64,000 nucleotides of DNA from Octopus sinensis. Its lineage: Eukaryota. The stretch covers positions 9,052,001 to 9,116,000 of the forward strand of contig NC_043009.1 of NCBI RefSeq assembly GCF_006345805.1, in the 5' to 3' direction. Both the position numbers and the translations under genes were made by a program. Positions 1-12,875 of this stretch are shown piece by piece. The notes under the pieces were generated by a model. The model had not been told where the DNA came from, did not search any database, and was given only the letters and a program-made list of their open reading frames with translations. Every line of letters starts with the position of its first letter. Positions within the stretch are counted from its first letter, which is position 1.

Positions 1-597
1 TCTCAAGATAAGAAATCTTTGAACTTTAATTCATCCGTATCTCTATTATTATTATTATTATTAATTATTATTATTCTGATCCCCCTAGTCGCCACTCTGT
101 TTACTATTTCAGCCTCGCCTCGCCTCGTTTTGCATATTCTGTATAATTCACTAGTTATCGTTATTGATATTTTAAGATCTATCTCCCTTATAGAAATTGG
201 CTGCCGATTCTTCGCGGGGTTTTTTTTCTTTCTCTTCCCTTCTCTCCCCTCTTGTTACATTGTCGTCTGTCTGGACTCCTCTCTTCCTACCACCCGCCAT
301 GGCTATGCATACTTAAGCTAGTAAAATGCCTCATTCTTGATTCCGAATTCCTTTTGCCAAGTCTGTCCGTAAACGAAGTGATCTCAAGATAAGAAATCTT
401 TGAACTTTAATTCATCCGTATCTCTATTTATTATTATTATTAATTATTATTATTATCTGATCCCCCTAGTCGCCACTCTGTTTACTATTTCAGCTCGCCT
501 CGCCTCGTTTTGCATATTCTGTATAATTCACTAGTTATCGTTATTGATATTTTAAGATCTATCTCCCTTATAGAAATTGGCTGCCGATTCTTCGCGG
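1..597. repeat. direct repeat with about 381-bp period (1-217 recurs at 382-597)
   Basis: tctcaagataagaaatc...ccgattcttcgcgg occurs twice, near-identical. Confidence 0.85.
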
Positions 598-599
598 CG

Positions 600-1250
600 C
601 GCCGCCCTACCCACCCCCACCACCAATACCGGATATCTCTATTTGCTCCAACTATACCGGATGTCGTTTTTCTCCCACCACCATTATAGGTGTCTACTCT
701 TTGAACCCCCTCTTCAATACGCTATTTCACCATGCATTACCCCTCTCTCGATATCCTACGTTCTACTTGCCTAGAACCTGTCCTCTGGACCACCCCTCCC
801 ACTGGTGCTCACCCCTCCCACTGGTGCTCCCCTATATTTCTGCATCCCCCACCACCATTATGGGTGTCTACTCTTTGAACCCCCCCCCTCTCAATACGCT
901 ATTTCACCATGCATTACCCCTCTCTCGATATCCTACGTTCTACTTGCCTAGAACCTGTCCTCTGAACCACCCCTCCCACTGGTGCCCACCCCTCCCACTG
1001 GTGCTCCCCTATATTTCTGCACCCCACCACCATTATAGGTGTCTACTCTTTGAACCCCCCTCTTCAATACGCTGCTCCCCTATATTTCTGCACCCCCCAC
1101 CACCATTATAGGTGTCTACTCTTTGAACCCCCCTCTTCAATACGCTATTTCACATGCATTACCCCTCTCTCGATATCCTACGTTCTACTTGACTAGTACC
1201 TGTCCTCTGAACCACCCCTCCCACTGGTGCTCCCCTATATTTCTGCACCC
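600..1250. repeat. C-rich tandem repeat, about 175-bp unit, roughly 3.5 copies with internal truncations
   Basis: ccaccattataggtgtctactctttgaaccccc recurs at about 676, 851, 1027 and 1099. Confidence 0.85.
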
Positions 1251-1254
1251 CCCC

Positions 1255-1490
1255 CATAAAAAGCACCATCCGAACGTGGCCGATGCCAGACCCCTCTGGC
1301 ACCTGTGCAGGTGGCACGTAAAAAACACCCACTACACTCGCGGAGTGGTTGGCGTTAGGAAGGGCATCCAGCTGTAGAAACACTGCCAGACTAGACTGGA
1401 GCCTGGGGCAGTCCCGAGCTCCCCCGACCCCGGTCGAAAACCGTCCAACCGTGCTAGCGCGGAAAACGGACGTTAAACGATGATGATGAT
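1255..1490 (+). mobile_element. family A retroposon 3' end with (GAT)n tail
   Basis: gtggttggcgttaggaagggcatccagctgtagaaa...cgttaaacgatgatgat, dispersed more than 20 times in the window. Confidence 0.8.
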
Positions 1491-1648
1491 ACATAGATAT
1501 ATATATATACATATATATTATAATATATATATATTATATATATATACATATATTATATAATATTATATATATATATATATATAGTTATATATATATAATA
1601 TATTATATATATATCTATATAATATATATACATATATATAATATATAC

Positions 1649-1699
<51 letters not shown>

Positions 1700-1906
1700 C
1701 AATATATATATATTATACATATATATATATAGACAGATATATATAATATAGAGTACCCGAATATATATATACAATCATATATATATATACATATAATATA
1801 CATATATACATATATATATATGCTTATATATACATCTATATATATATTACATATATACATATAATATAACACATATTACATAATCTATAATACATATATA
1901 TAATAT

Positions 1907-1937
<31 letters not shown>

Positions 1938-2111
1938 TATATCTATATAATATATATATACTATACATATATATAGATGTAATATATATATATACATATA
2001 TAATATATATGTATATATATAAATTACAATATATATATATATATACAATATATATATTGTATATGATAACCTATATATATATAACTATATATATATATGT
2101 ATAATATACAA

Positions 2112-2142
<31 letters not shown>

Positions 2143-2463
2143 GATATATAACATATATATATATATATATATACATATAGATAGATGTATATATATATAT
2201 ATTACATATATATATGTATTATATACATATAATATAGATATTATACATAAATATAGTAATATATATATAACATATATATATGTAATATATATATATACAT
2301 ATATTATATTATATAGATGTATATATATATATATACATTATAATATACTGTATATATATATAGATACATATAGATATATATATATGTATATTAATAGATA
2401 TATATCATAGATATATATATATATTATTATATATTATATATACATATATATATATGTATATAG

Positions 2464-2496
<33 letters not shown>

Positions 2497-3201
2497 GACA
2501 TAATATATATATATACATAATATAGATATACATATATATATATTACAATATATATAGTCATATATATATATACATATATATAGATGTATAGATATAGATA
2601 ACATATACATATACATATATATATACATATATATATATATATTATATCTACATATATATATATGTATATATATAATATACATATATAATATTGTATATAT
2701 ATATATACATATACATTAACATATATATAACATATATATATTATATATATATATACATAGATATATATGATAATAATATAAATATAACATATACATATAA
2801 TATACATATATATATATATTATACATAATATATAGTATATATATATATATACATATTAGATAATGTTATATTATATATACAGATACATATACAGAATAAT
2901 TATACGTATACATATATATTTATACATACTAGATATCTATAATATATTATATATTATATATATATACATATACATATACATATATATATATACATATAAT
3001 ATCATTACATAATAATATACATAATAATATATATACATATATAATATATATACATATATATATATACATATATATATATATCTACTATATATACATATAT
3101 ATAATATATATACATATATATATATATATAAATTATATATATATTTACATATATATATATATACATAATAGATATATATACATATATTATATATATACAT
3201 C

Positions 3202-3249
<48 letters not shown>

Positions 3250-3285
3250 CATATATAATATATATAAATATATAATATATATACA

Positions 3286-3316
<31 letters not shown>

Positions 3317-4010
3317 TATACATATTATATATATACATATTATATAATACATATATTATATATACAATATATATATAATACATATATATATATATGTACA
3401 TATATATATATATGTACATATATATATATGTACATATATATATATATGTACATATATATATATATGTACATATATATATATATGTACAATATATATATAT
3501 GTACCTATATATATATATGTACATATATATATATAGTACATATATATATAATATGTACATATATATATGTACATATATATATATGGTACATATATATATA
3601 TGTACATATATATATATATGACATATATATATATATGTACATATATATATATAGTACATATATATATATGTACATATATATATGTACATATATATATATA
3701 TGTACATATATATGTATATGTACATATATATGTTATGTACATATATATGTATATGTACATATATATGTATATGTACATATATATGTATATGTACATGTAT
3801 ATGTATATGTACATGTATATGTATATGTACATATATATGTATATGTACATGTATATGTATATGTACATATATATGTATATGTACATATATATGTATATGT
3901 ACATATATATGTATATGTACATATATATGTATATACACATATATATGTATATACACATATATATATATATACACATATATATATTACACATATATATATA
4001 TATATATACA
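1491..4010. repeat. 2.5-kb degenerate (TA)n low-complexity tract with 18-bp higher-order units
   Basis: Almost only A/T, with TACATATATATATATATG and TACATATATATGTATATG units at about 3390-3950. Confidence 0.95.
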
Positions 4011-4014
4011 CATC

Positions 4015-4612
4015 GTGGCTTCTACATGGATGGAGCCAGCTAAGTATGCATACCTTCCCTTCTTTGGACACAAAACTCTCTTGTGAAGACTTTGTTGAGG
4101 CAAGTGAGGATCAGAATCGAAATCGATCAATGGAAATTGCGGATGTGCTACCAGTGCCGGTGGCATGTCGAAACTCTGCTTGTGAGGACCATTGAGGCAA
4201 GTGAGGATCAGAATCGAAATCGATCAATGGAAATCGATCAATGGAAATGCAGATGTGTTACCAGTGCGGTGGCATGTAAGAGAACTTTCGTTTTCGCGAC
4301 CGTTGCCAGCACCGCCCCGTTTCGTGTCCGTTGCCAGCCTCGCCTGGCCCTCGTGCCGGTGGCACATAAAAAGCACCATCCGTTCGTGGCCGTTGGCAGC
4401 TCTGTCGGCACCAGTGCGGGTGGCACGTAAAAAGCACCCACTACACTCACGGAGTGGTTGGCGTTAGGAAGGGCATCCAGCCGTAGAAACAACTGCCAGA
4501 TTTGACTGGCCTGATGAAGCCTTCTGGCTTCACAGACCCCAGTAGAACCGTCCAACCCATGCTAGCATGGAAAACGGACGCTAAATGAGATGATGATGAT
4601 GATGATTGATGA
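4015..4612 (+). mobile_element. family A retroposon, longer copy with an internal duplication of about 100 bp
   Basis: Family A 3' end; gaggcaagtgaggatcagaatcg occurs twice. Confidence 0.75.
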
Positions 4613-4912
4613 TATATATATATATACACAATAATATATATATACACATATATAATATATATACACATATATATATATACACAATATATAATATACACAT
4701 ATATATATATATTACACATATATATATATATTACAATATATATATATATATACTATATAATATATATATACATATATATTATATATACATACATATATAT
4801 ATATATATATAATATATAATATATATATACATATATATATATATACATATATTATAATATATATCATATATATATATATATAATATATATATATATATTC
4901 TATATATATATA
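4613..4912. repeat. degenerate (TA)n tract
   Basis: Seen directly. Confidence 0.9.
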
Positions 4913-5159
4913 TTGCGTTATATGAGTTCATGTGTTGAAGAATTTCTGTTGTGTCTGGGGAGAGTCATTTTCTTTTGTGCCTTATAATTTAACACACTCA
5001 CCAGTAAAATTTCCACTATTCCTTATTTTTATTAAATTTTTGTTGCGTCTTGCAACCTTTTCAATAGTCTTGACTCTGTCCGTTATTTACAGTAATTTAT
5101 TAAAATCTTCATAACATAATTTGATTTTATATCTTTCTGGAATGCCTTTTACCATTTCT

Positions 5160-5935
5160 TTATGGTTTATTTGCTTCAGTCATTGGACTGTGGCCATACT
5201 GGAGCACCATCTTGAAGGGTTTAGTCAAATAAATCAACCCTCAGTACCTATTTTTTAAGCCTAGTAATAGTTTTGTCAGTCTCTTTTGTTGAACTACTAA
5301 GTTACAGGGTTGTAAACAAACCAACACCAGTAATCAAGCAATGGTGGTGAACAACACCAATACAAGTGGTGATGACGAATAACACAAACACAAAGACATA
5401 CACGCATAAACACATCTATCCATCTGTCTGTCTATACATATATATATAAGACACTATTTGAGCGTGATTGTTACCAGCATCGCCTTACTGGCACCTGTGC
5501 CGGTGGCATGTGTAAAAGATTCAAGCGAGGTTGTTGCCAGTACCACCTGACTGGCCCCGTGCCGGTGGCACGTAAAAGCACCTGCCACACTCTCGGAGTG
5601 GTTGGCATTAGGAAGGGCATCCAGCTGTAGAAACTCTGCCAAATCAAGATTGGAGCCTGGTGCAGCCATCTGGTTCGCCAGCCCTCAGTCATACGTCCAA
5701 CCCATGCTAGCATGGAAAGCGGATGTTAAACGATGATGATGATATATATAACACACACACACACATACATACATACATAAGGCTTCTTCTAGTTTCTGTT
5801 TACCAAATCCACTCACAAGACTGGTCATCCCAGGACTATAGTAGATGACATTTGCCCAAGGTGTTGTACAATGGGATTGAACCCAAGACCACATGTTTGG
5901 GAAGCAAGCTTCTTACCCACACAGCTATGCCTGCA
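5160..5935 (-). mobile_element. family B tRNA-derived SINE split by a family A insertion (5457-5742, + strand)
   Basis: SINE 3' half at 5160-5400 and 5' half at 5780-5935 flank a family A copy in the internal microsatellite. Confidence 0.7.
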
Positions 5936-6407
5936 CTTTGTTGATATTTCCACTTTGGCACCTCATCACTACTATCCTTCTTCTCAGCTACTCCCACCCT
6001 TATATAATGCAGAGTTCTCATGATTCTCCTCTATAGAAAGATACTAAGGCTTGTCTCTCTATCATATTTTAACCTCTGAACACTTGACATGAAGCCTCCT
6101 CCCTCTCTCTCAAACACTCCCTGCCACTTAGTCAAAGGGACTTTTTCCTGCACTTTTCCTGGCTTGTAAGTTGCTTGGCAAACTTACTAGAGCTGGTGAC
6201 ATGGGAAAAAGTACCCAGTATACCCTGTTAAGTCGTTGGCATTAGGAAGGGCATCCGGGAGTAGAAACCACGTCAAAGCTGACACTGAAGCTTGATGCAG
6301 CAGCTTGCCACACTATCCAATCAAGCATGGAAATGGACATTGATGGTGATGATGATGATGACAGTGATGACATTACTGCTGCTATGATAATTTTGTGTAT
6401 CTATATA

Positions 6408-6524
6408 CAGGGTGGGCCGAAAGTCAGGCATTAAGCTTAAAACAAATTTAATATATATTGCACCTACAGGCTCACATACACTTATATATATATAACACAC
6501 ACATGTATTTTGTACATGATGAAC

Positions 6525-6555
<31 letters not shown>

Positions 6556-6612
6556 TAAAAAATAATATAAAAAATACTAAATGTTTTGGTGTGTGACTAA
6601 TGGCCTACCGTG
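6408..6612. mobile_element. degenerate Tc1/mariner-type MITE
   Basis: TA|cagggtgggcc...ggcctaccgtg|TA, imperfect TIRs. Confidence 0.45.
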
Positions 6613-6732
6613 TATATTATGCCTCATTATATGTGTTCAGATCTCATTGATATTAGCTTTGCTTTTCATCTCTTCAATAGCACAAGTAACAACAATATAT
6701 TAAGTGTTTTGTCAGCCCACTAATGCTATATA

Positions 6733-6780
<48 letters not shown>

Positions 6781-6940
6781 ATTAGAAGAAAACACCTTTT
6801 ATCAATTCAAAATGAACAATAAATTACACCATCTAGAAAATTACATATAATAGAAATATTAAAATTAAAATAACAATAAAATACCAATGATTAAGCAAAT
6901 TGCAAAAAAATAATAAAAACGTATATAATTGGTAGAATAA

Positions 6941-7040
6941 CGACACATGCTTCGTGGCTATATTTAAGAAATGATTATAGTAAAAAAAATATTAGTAGTA
7001 GTAAAATCACTTCGATATAAATATAGCCACTCATCTGCGT
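6941..7040 (-). ncRNA. degenerate hammerhead-ribozyme-like motif
   Basis: Minus strand CAGAUGA-GUGGCUAUAUUUA...UAAAUAUAGCCAC-GAAGC-AUGU-GUC; 13-bp helix II and two core substitutions. Confidence 0.45.
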
Positions 7041-7082
7041 AAAAATAAACGACAATAATAAAATAATTAATAAATATACATT

Positions 7083-7114
<32 letters not shown>

Positions 7115-7150
7115 TATATAACAAAAATAAGCAACAAGAATGACTCCGGT

Positions 7151-7241
7151 AATTTGGTACGATCGTTTCGTACTACATCATTTTATTAAATGTTGTAAGT
7201 ATTACAACAGTTTTAAAATGCTGAGCACTCATCAGCCAATT
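7151..7241 (-). ncRNA. minimal type-I hammerhead ribozyme, intact core
   Basis: Minus strand AAUUGG-CUGAUGA-GUGCU...AGUAC-GAAAC-GAUC-GUA-CCAAAUU; helices I, II and III all pair; GUA cleavage triplet. Confidence 0.82.
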
Positions 7242-7607
7242 ATAGAGGTTTTTTATTAATACAAAAATTTTCATATATATATATATAAAATACTAAATAT
7301 ACATTAAGTGAAAACTTATGTATATATATATACACATACAAAAAGTGGCATCAATCCAAATTCCAGCTGTATTGGTATATACACATTATGTATATGTTAT
7401 GTATGAATGATAAATACTAAGAGGATGGAAAATGTTGTATGCTGACATTGGGAGGTGCTTGTGGTAGAGGAAGACAAAATGAAGTCAGATTTGTGGATAT
7501 TGAATGTCACGGATGAGATGAAACAGGATTGGGACGCATGGGGATTTGTCAGTGATGTTGATCAATCCAGCCCATACCAGCTGGTATGTTAAAAACTGGA
7601 TGTTTAA

Positions 7608-8069
7608 CCTTTGGCCGAAATATTCTACCTGTTCTGTATGTTCAAACTGGCCAGATCTGGCCTCTCACACCAATCCCACAATGTCATTCTAAAAATTTAC
7701 CTATTTCTTTACTACCCACAAGAGGCCAAACATAGAGGGGACAAACAAAGAGAGACATAGGTATTAAGTCGATTACATCGACTCCAATGTGTAACTGGTA
7801 CTTAATTTATCGACCCCGAAAGGATGAAAGGTAAAGTCGACCTCGGCGGAATTTGAACTTACAACGTAACGGCAGACAAAATACCACTAAGTATTTCGCC
7901 CGGCGTGCTAACGGTTCTGCCAGTTCTCCGCCTAAAAATATACTATCACATTAAGTGATGATGATGATGATATCATTGAAATACCGAAACTCCAAGAAAA
8001 TGTGATTAATACAAAACTATGTAAACCAGTGAGCATTACATTTGATAGATTAATCTGAAAGCTAAAGGG
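7608..8069. mobile_element. piggyBac-type MITE (TTAA flanks) with a nested family C SINE (7701-7934, minus)
   Basis: ttaa|cct...aaaggg|ttaa, interrupted by the SINE. Confidence 0.7.
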
Positions 8070-8122
8070 TTAAAATGATGATAATGATGTCTAATATATT
8101 GATTCTTTTGTCCTTTTTCTAG

Positions 8123-8370
8123 AATGTTCTCACTCGGTGTGGAAGTAAAGATTCAATAGGTATTGGAAGCTTCTTCTCTGTCCTCGGAAAGTTTTTTGTC
8201 CAAACGGAAAATGGCAGTTCTGCATTCTGTGTTGAATTCGATGTGCTCACTTCGGCAGCGAAATTTGAAGCAGTTCCAATCAACCCTGTTACTATTATGA
8301 CCACGGCCTTAGCGAAAAATCTTGCTAGTCCTATGAGTTTAAGTAGACTACAGGGCAAGGCCAAATCCGG
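8123..8370 (+). CDS. STIL: STIL coding exon (first in window; gene is 5'-partial)
   Basis: ttttctag|...TCCGG|gtaagt. Translates NVLTRCGSKDSIGIGSFFS...VPINPVTIMTTALAKNLASPMSLSRLQGKAKSG, matching the vertebrate STIL N-terminal segment CSKDS...TPVKPIPIIPTALARNLSS...VQG. Confidence 0.92.
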
Positions 8371-8817
8371 GTAAGTGCTTTTGAAATCAGTCATCTTTTA
8401 TAGTTTATTTGTTTCAGTCATTAGGCTGTGGCCATGCTGGGGCACTGTCTTGAAGAATTTTAGTCAAACGAAGCTGGTGCCACAGAAAAAGCACCCAGTA
8501 CACTTTGTGGATTGGTCAATGTTAGGAAGGGCATCCAGGCATAGAAACCATGCCAGAACAGACAATAGAGCTTGGTGCGGCCTCTGACCTTACCAGGTCA
8601 GAGGCCGCACCTGGTCAGAGGACAAACACACACACACATGGCAGATTTGTTTTAATTTCCGTCTACCAAATCCACTGACAAGGCTTTGGTTGGTCCAAGA
8701 CTATAGTAGAAGACACTTGCCCAAGGTGCTGTGCAGTGGGACTGAACCCGGAATCATGTGGTTGGGAAGCAAACTTCTTACCACAAAACCAATCAAATTT
8801 TATCTGTTTAAATAATT

Positions 8818-8965
8818 GGTGGCTGTGTGGTAAGTAGCTTGCTTACCAACCACATGGTTCTGGGTTCAGTCCCACTGCGTGGCACCTTAGCCTCGGGCCA
8901 ACCAAAGCCTTGTGAGTGGATTTGGTAGACGGAAATTGAAAGAAGCCTGTCGTATATATGTGTGC

Positions 8966-9021
<56 letters not shown>

Positions 9022-9230
9022 ATATGTTTGTGTGTCTGTATTTGTCCCCCACCAACATCGCTTGACAACCGATGGTGGTGTGGTTACAGCCCTGTAACTT
9101 AGCGGTTCGGCAAAAGAGACCGATAGAATAAGTACTAGGCCTACAAAGAATAAGTCCTGGAGTCAATTTGCTCGACTAAAGGCGGTGCTCCAGCATGGCC
9201 ACAGTCAAATGACTGAAACAAGTAAAAGAG
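8818..9230 (+). mobile_element. family B tRNA-derived SINE, full length (octopus OR/OK-like)
   Basis: tggctgtgtggtaag (A box), gggttcagtccc (B box-like), internal (TA)n/(TG)n, 3' end gactgaaacaagtaaaaga. Confidence 0.8.
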
Positions 9231-9649
9231 TATATTTTCAAATGTATTTTATTTGATTTTTTTACTTCAGCATTAGTTTTTAGGTGTCTTTCTTAAAAAA
9301 ATTTTATGATTTTAAATGTTTGCTGAAATCAATGTAAAAGTCAGATAAATTAACTTAAATTGAAGTTTCCTATTAATTTCTTAAAAAAAAGAAACCAGCA
9401 TAGAGTAAAAAAGAGATGTAATGTGAAACAACATACTTTGAGGTTTGCTTGTATTTAAATTAGATTTTTGTTTTTTATGATCAGTGTCTGACTCCGAAGT
9501 TTGTTAGTTTGTGAAATGAAAGTTGAGTTGTTTATGTTTCATCTCTGATGCTTCACAGTTTCTGTCGTTGAAGAGACTTCACTCTTGCTGGCTCATTCCA
9601 TCTACTCGTAAATGGGTACCTTGTGTTGGTATAGGTCTTCATTGGGTGT

Positions 9650-10035
9650 ACTCTTTTACTTGTTTCAGTCATTTGACTGTGGCCATGCTGGAGCACCACC
9701 TTTAGTCGAGCAAATTGACCCCAGGACTTATTCTTTGTAGGCCTAGTACTTAATCTATTGGTATCTTTTGCCGAACCACTAAGTTATGGGGACATAAACA
9801 CACCACCATCAGTTGTCAAGCGATGTTGGTGGGGGACAAACACAGATACACAAACATATACATTATACATATATATATATATACATATATACGATGGGCT
9901 TCTTTCAGTTTCTGTCTGCCAAATTCACTCACAAGGCTTTGGTCAGCCCGAGGCTATAGTAGAAGACAATTGCCCAAGGTGCCATGCAGTGGGACTGCAC
10001 CCGGAACCATGTGGTTCATAAGCAAGCTACTTACC
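9650..10035 (-). mobile_element. family B SINE, full length
   Basis: Reverse complement of the 8818 copy. Confidence 0.8.
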
Positions 10036-10846
10036 ACACAGCCACTGCTACGCCTGTAGTGAGTGTATGTTTAATAAGTGTTTTCATTTGCTTGTGACTT
10101 CTAAGTTTGTGAACTTAATGATTCTAGATTGTCTACGTGGGGGCGTAACTATTATTTGTTGGAAAGTTACCCTAGCTATGCTGTTTACTCTTTATGACTT
10201 TCTCCAGCTTACTACACAATGGGACCACAAAGAAACAGGGTTCACTGATGGAGCATATGTATACTACATCATTGTACACACACACACACATACACATGCT
10301 CACACACACATATGCTCACACACACACATATGCTCACACACACAAGGAACTTCTATGTATTTATTATACTTGCTGGCAGTCAGCTCTCCTTCAATTCATG
10401 TATGTGTGTGCGTGTACAAGCGTTTGACTGTTGCATATGAAGGAGCATTGTCAGTTAAGGTTCTCACCATATCTTCATGGATTTCTGATGGAGCTATGCC
10501 TTTCAAATGAAGGTAATTTATGACAGTACGATACTCAGGTTTATCCATTTTTTTGTAATCGACCCCTTTTTATTCAAAGATCTGCGACAAAAATATTTAA
10601 AATATCAGAATCATGAAAATGAGCAAGAATACTCTGAAAAGACTGTAGTTACCAGAAAAAATAGTTTCAGCTACCTAGCAGCCCCGTTTGTAGGATAGAC
10701 TCAAAACTTTTCATACACCCCTCGTATGTGTTTGAGAAAGAAAGAGAACAAGAGAACTGTTTCTCAGTCTGATAAGAATTGTGGGAGCTCTTAACTTGAG
10801 TTTCTTTCATATCATAATCAGTTCTGTTTTGTACTTTTTTTTCCAG

Positions 10847-10930
10847 TTATGTTACCATGGACCATACTCGCAAATTAGTGCTGATGCTAGAGTCAGACCC
10901 GAAAGTTTCCACGCTGCCTCTAATTGGAAT
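10847..10930 (+). CDS. STIL: STIL coding exon
   Basis: ttccag|...GGAAT|gtaagc, phases 2/2. (G)[28 protein letters not shown] matches STIL [29 protein letters not shown]. Confidence 0.95.
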
Positions 10931-10969
10931 GTAAGCCATTTAATGTTCTCTTATTAAATACATCTGTTG

Positions 10970-11335
10970 TCTTTTATTTGTTTCAGTCATTAAATTGCGG
11001 TCATACTGGGGCACCACTTTGAAGAATTTTAGTTGAAGTTTTTTTTTAGCCTGGTATTTATTCTGTTGTTCTCTTTTGTCCAACTGCTAAGTTATGGAGA
11101 TGTAAAAACACAGGGCACTGGTTGTGAAACCAATTGTTTACTTGCCAGCAAACACAGATACACAGACACACACATATACGATTCTTTCAGTTTCTCTCTA
11201 CCAAATCTACTTACAAGGCTTTGGTTGGCCCGCAGCTACAGTAGAAGACACTTGCTCAAGGTGTCACACAGTGGGATTGAACCTGGAACCATGTGGTTGG
11301 GGGGGTGGGCAAACCTCTTACCACACAGCCATGCC
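10970..11335 (-). mobile_element. family B SINE
   Basis: Same family, more diverged. Confidence 0.75.
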
Positions 11336-11569
11336 ATGTCTAACTCTTGTTGTTTTCCTTAGCCTGTTTCATGGTGTTTGTGCCATAAATGTGATACTAT
11401 TATTGTACCACAACATGAGAGATGTTTCCAATAATTAGGGAGTTGTGAATTTTGAATGAGTTGATGTGAAAATATATATTTAGTGTGTTGAGGACTTAAT
11501 GTTTTATTTGGTTGCTGGACAATGTGCAAGGAAGAAAGACTGAGCGGTCAATGAGTATAATGAATTTAA

Positions 11570-12192
11570 CCCTTTAGAGTTTAAACCAGCCATATCTGAA
11601 CAAAATATCCTACCTGTTTTGTATTCATATGAGTGAGATCATTGCCAGAGCTACAAGCTGGCCTTCGTGCCGATGGCATGTTTAAGCGCACCATTCGAGC
11701 GTGATCGTTACCGCGTCGCCTTACTAGCACTTGTGCTGGTGGTACGTGAAACATTCGAGTGAGGTCGTTGCCAGTGCCACTGGACTGGCTCCTGTGCAGG
11801 TGGCATGTAAAAAGCACCATTTGGACATGGCCGTTGCCAGTACCACCAAACTGGCCCGCGTGCCAGTGGAACATAAAAGCACCCACTACACTCTCGGAGT
11901 GGTTGGCATTAGGAAGGGCATCCAGCCGTAGAAACTCTGCCAGATCAGATTGGAGTCTGGTTCGCCAGACCTCAGTCGAATCGTCCAACCCATGCTAGCA
12001 TGGAAAGCGGATGTTAAATGATGATGATGATGACTGGCCAAATCTGATCCCTCACACTAAACCTACAATATCGTTTTAAAAATTAACAGTTACATCATCA
12101 AAATCTCAAAGCTATGAGATAATGCATGACTATGTATGATAATGTGAATAAATAAGCATTACTTTTGATTGAATAATTTGAATGTTAAAGGG
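11570..12192. mobile_element. piggyBac-type MITE with TTAA TSDs and a nested family A copy (11632-12032, +)
   Basis: TTAA|ccctttag...taaaggg|TTAA. Confidence 0.78.
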
Positions 12193-12726
12193 TTAAAGAT
12201 GTGATGTGACTGGATAAAATGTATAAGAACAATGTGGAGGAAGGAACAGAAAGCCAAAAAATGTGTTACACGGGATTTAAGAGAACACTTTGAGCAAATT
12301 GTTACAAGTCTGTTGGGGGTTTGATTTATGCTTTCAAATAGAAATTTTACTCGTCATATTATCTGCTACGTAAAAGGCACTGATAATGGTGTCACATAAA
12401 AAGAATTGGTGATGGTGCCGCGTAAAAAGAATTGGTGATGGTGCCATGTAAAAAGCACCCGATACACTCTGTAAAGTAGTTGGTGTTAGGAAGGGTACCC
12501 AGCTGTAGAAACCAAGCCAAATTAGACTATGGGAGCTGGTATGGACCCTGGCCTTCACAGCTCTTGTTAAGCTGTCCAACCTGTGCCTGCAAAGGAAAAT
12601 GGGTAATGGTGGCAGCAGCATTTGCTTCTCATTCACATAGTTTTGGGTTTAGTCCCAGTGGATTGTTCCTTGCCTTCAACTATAGCTGGGTTAACCAAAG
12701 CTTTGTGAGAGGATTTGGTAGATGGA

Positions 12727-12875
12727 AAGTGGTTGGCATTAGGAAGGGCATCCAGCTATAGAAACACTGCCAGATCAGACTGGAGCCTGGTGCAGCCTCC
12801 TGGCTTCCCAGACCCCGGTCAAACCGTCCAACCCATGCTAGCATGGAAAACAGACATTAAACGATGATGATGATG
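12727..12875 (+). mobile_element. family A 3' end
   Basis: Diagnostic core and (GAT)n tail. Confidence 0.75.

Noticed and set aside
1615-4195. Many long ORFs rich in Y/I/M/H/C
   Set aside because: They are translations of (TA)n-derived low-complexity DNA, which lacks stop codons by composition.
4900-8100. Upstream STIL exons (N-terminal roughly 150 aa)
   Set aside because: No frame resembling the STIL N-terminus was found; those exons presumably lie before the window.
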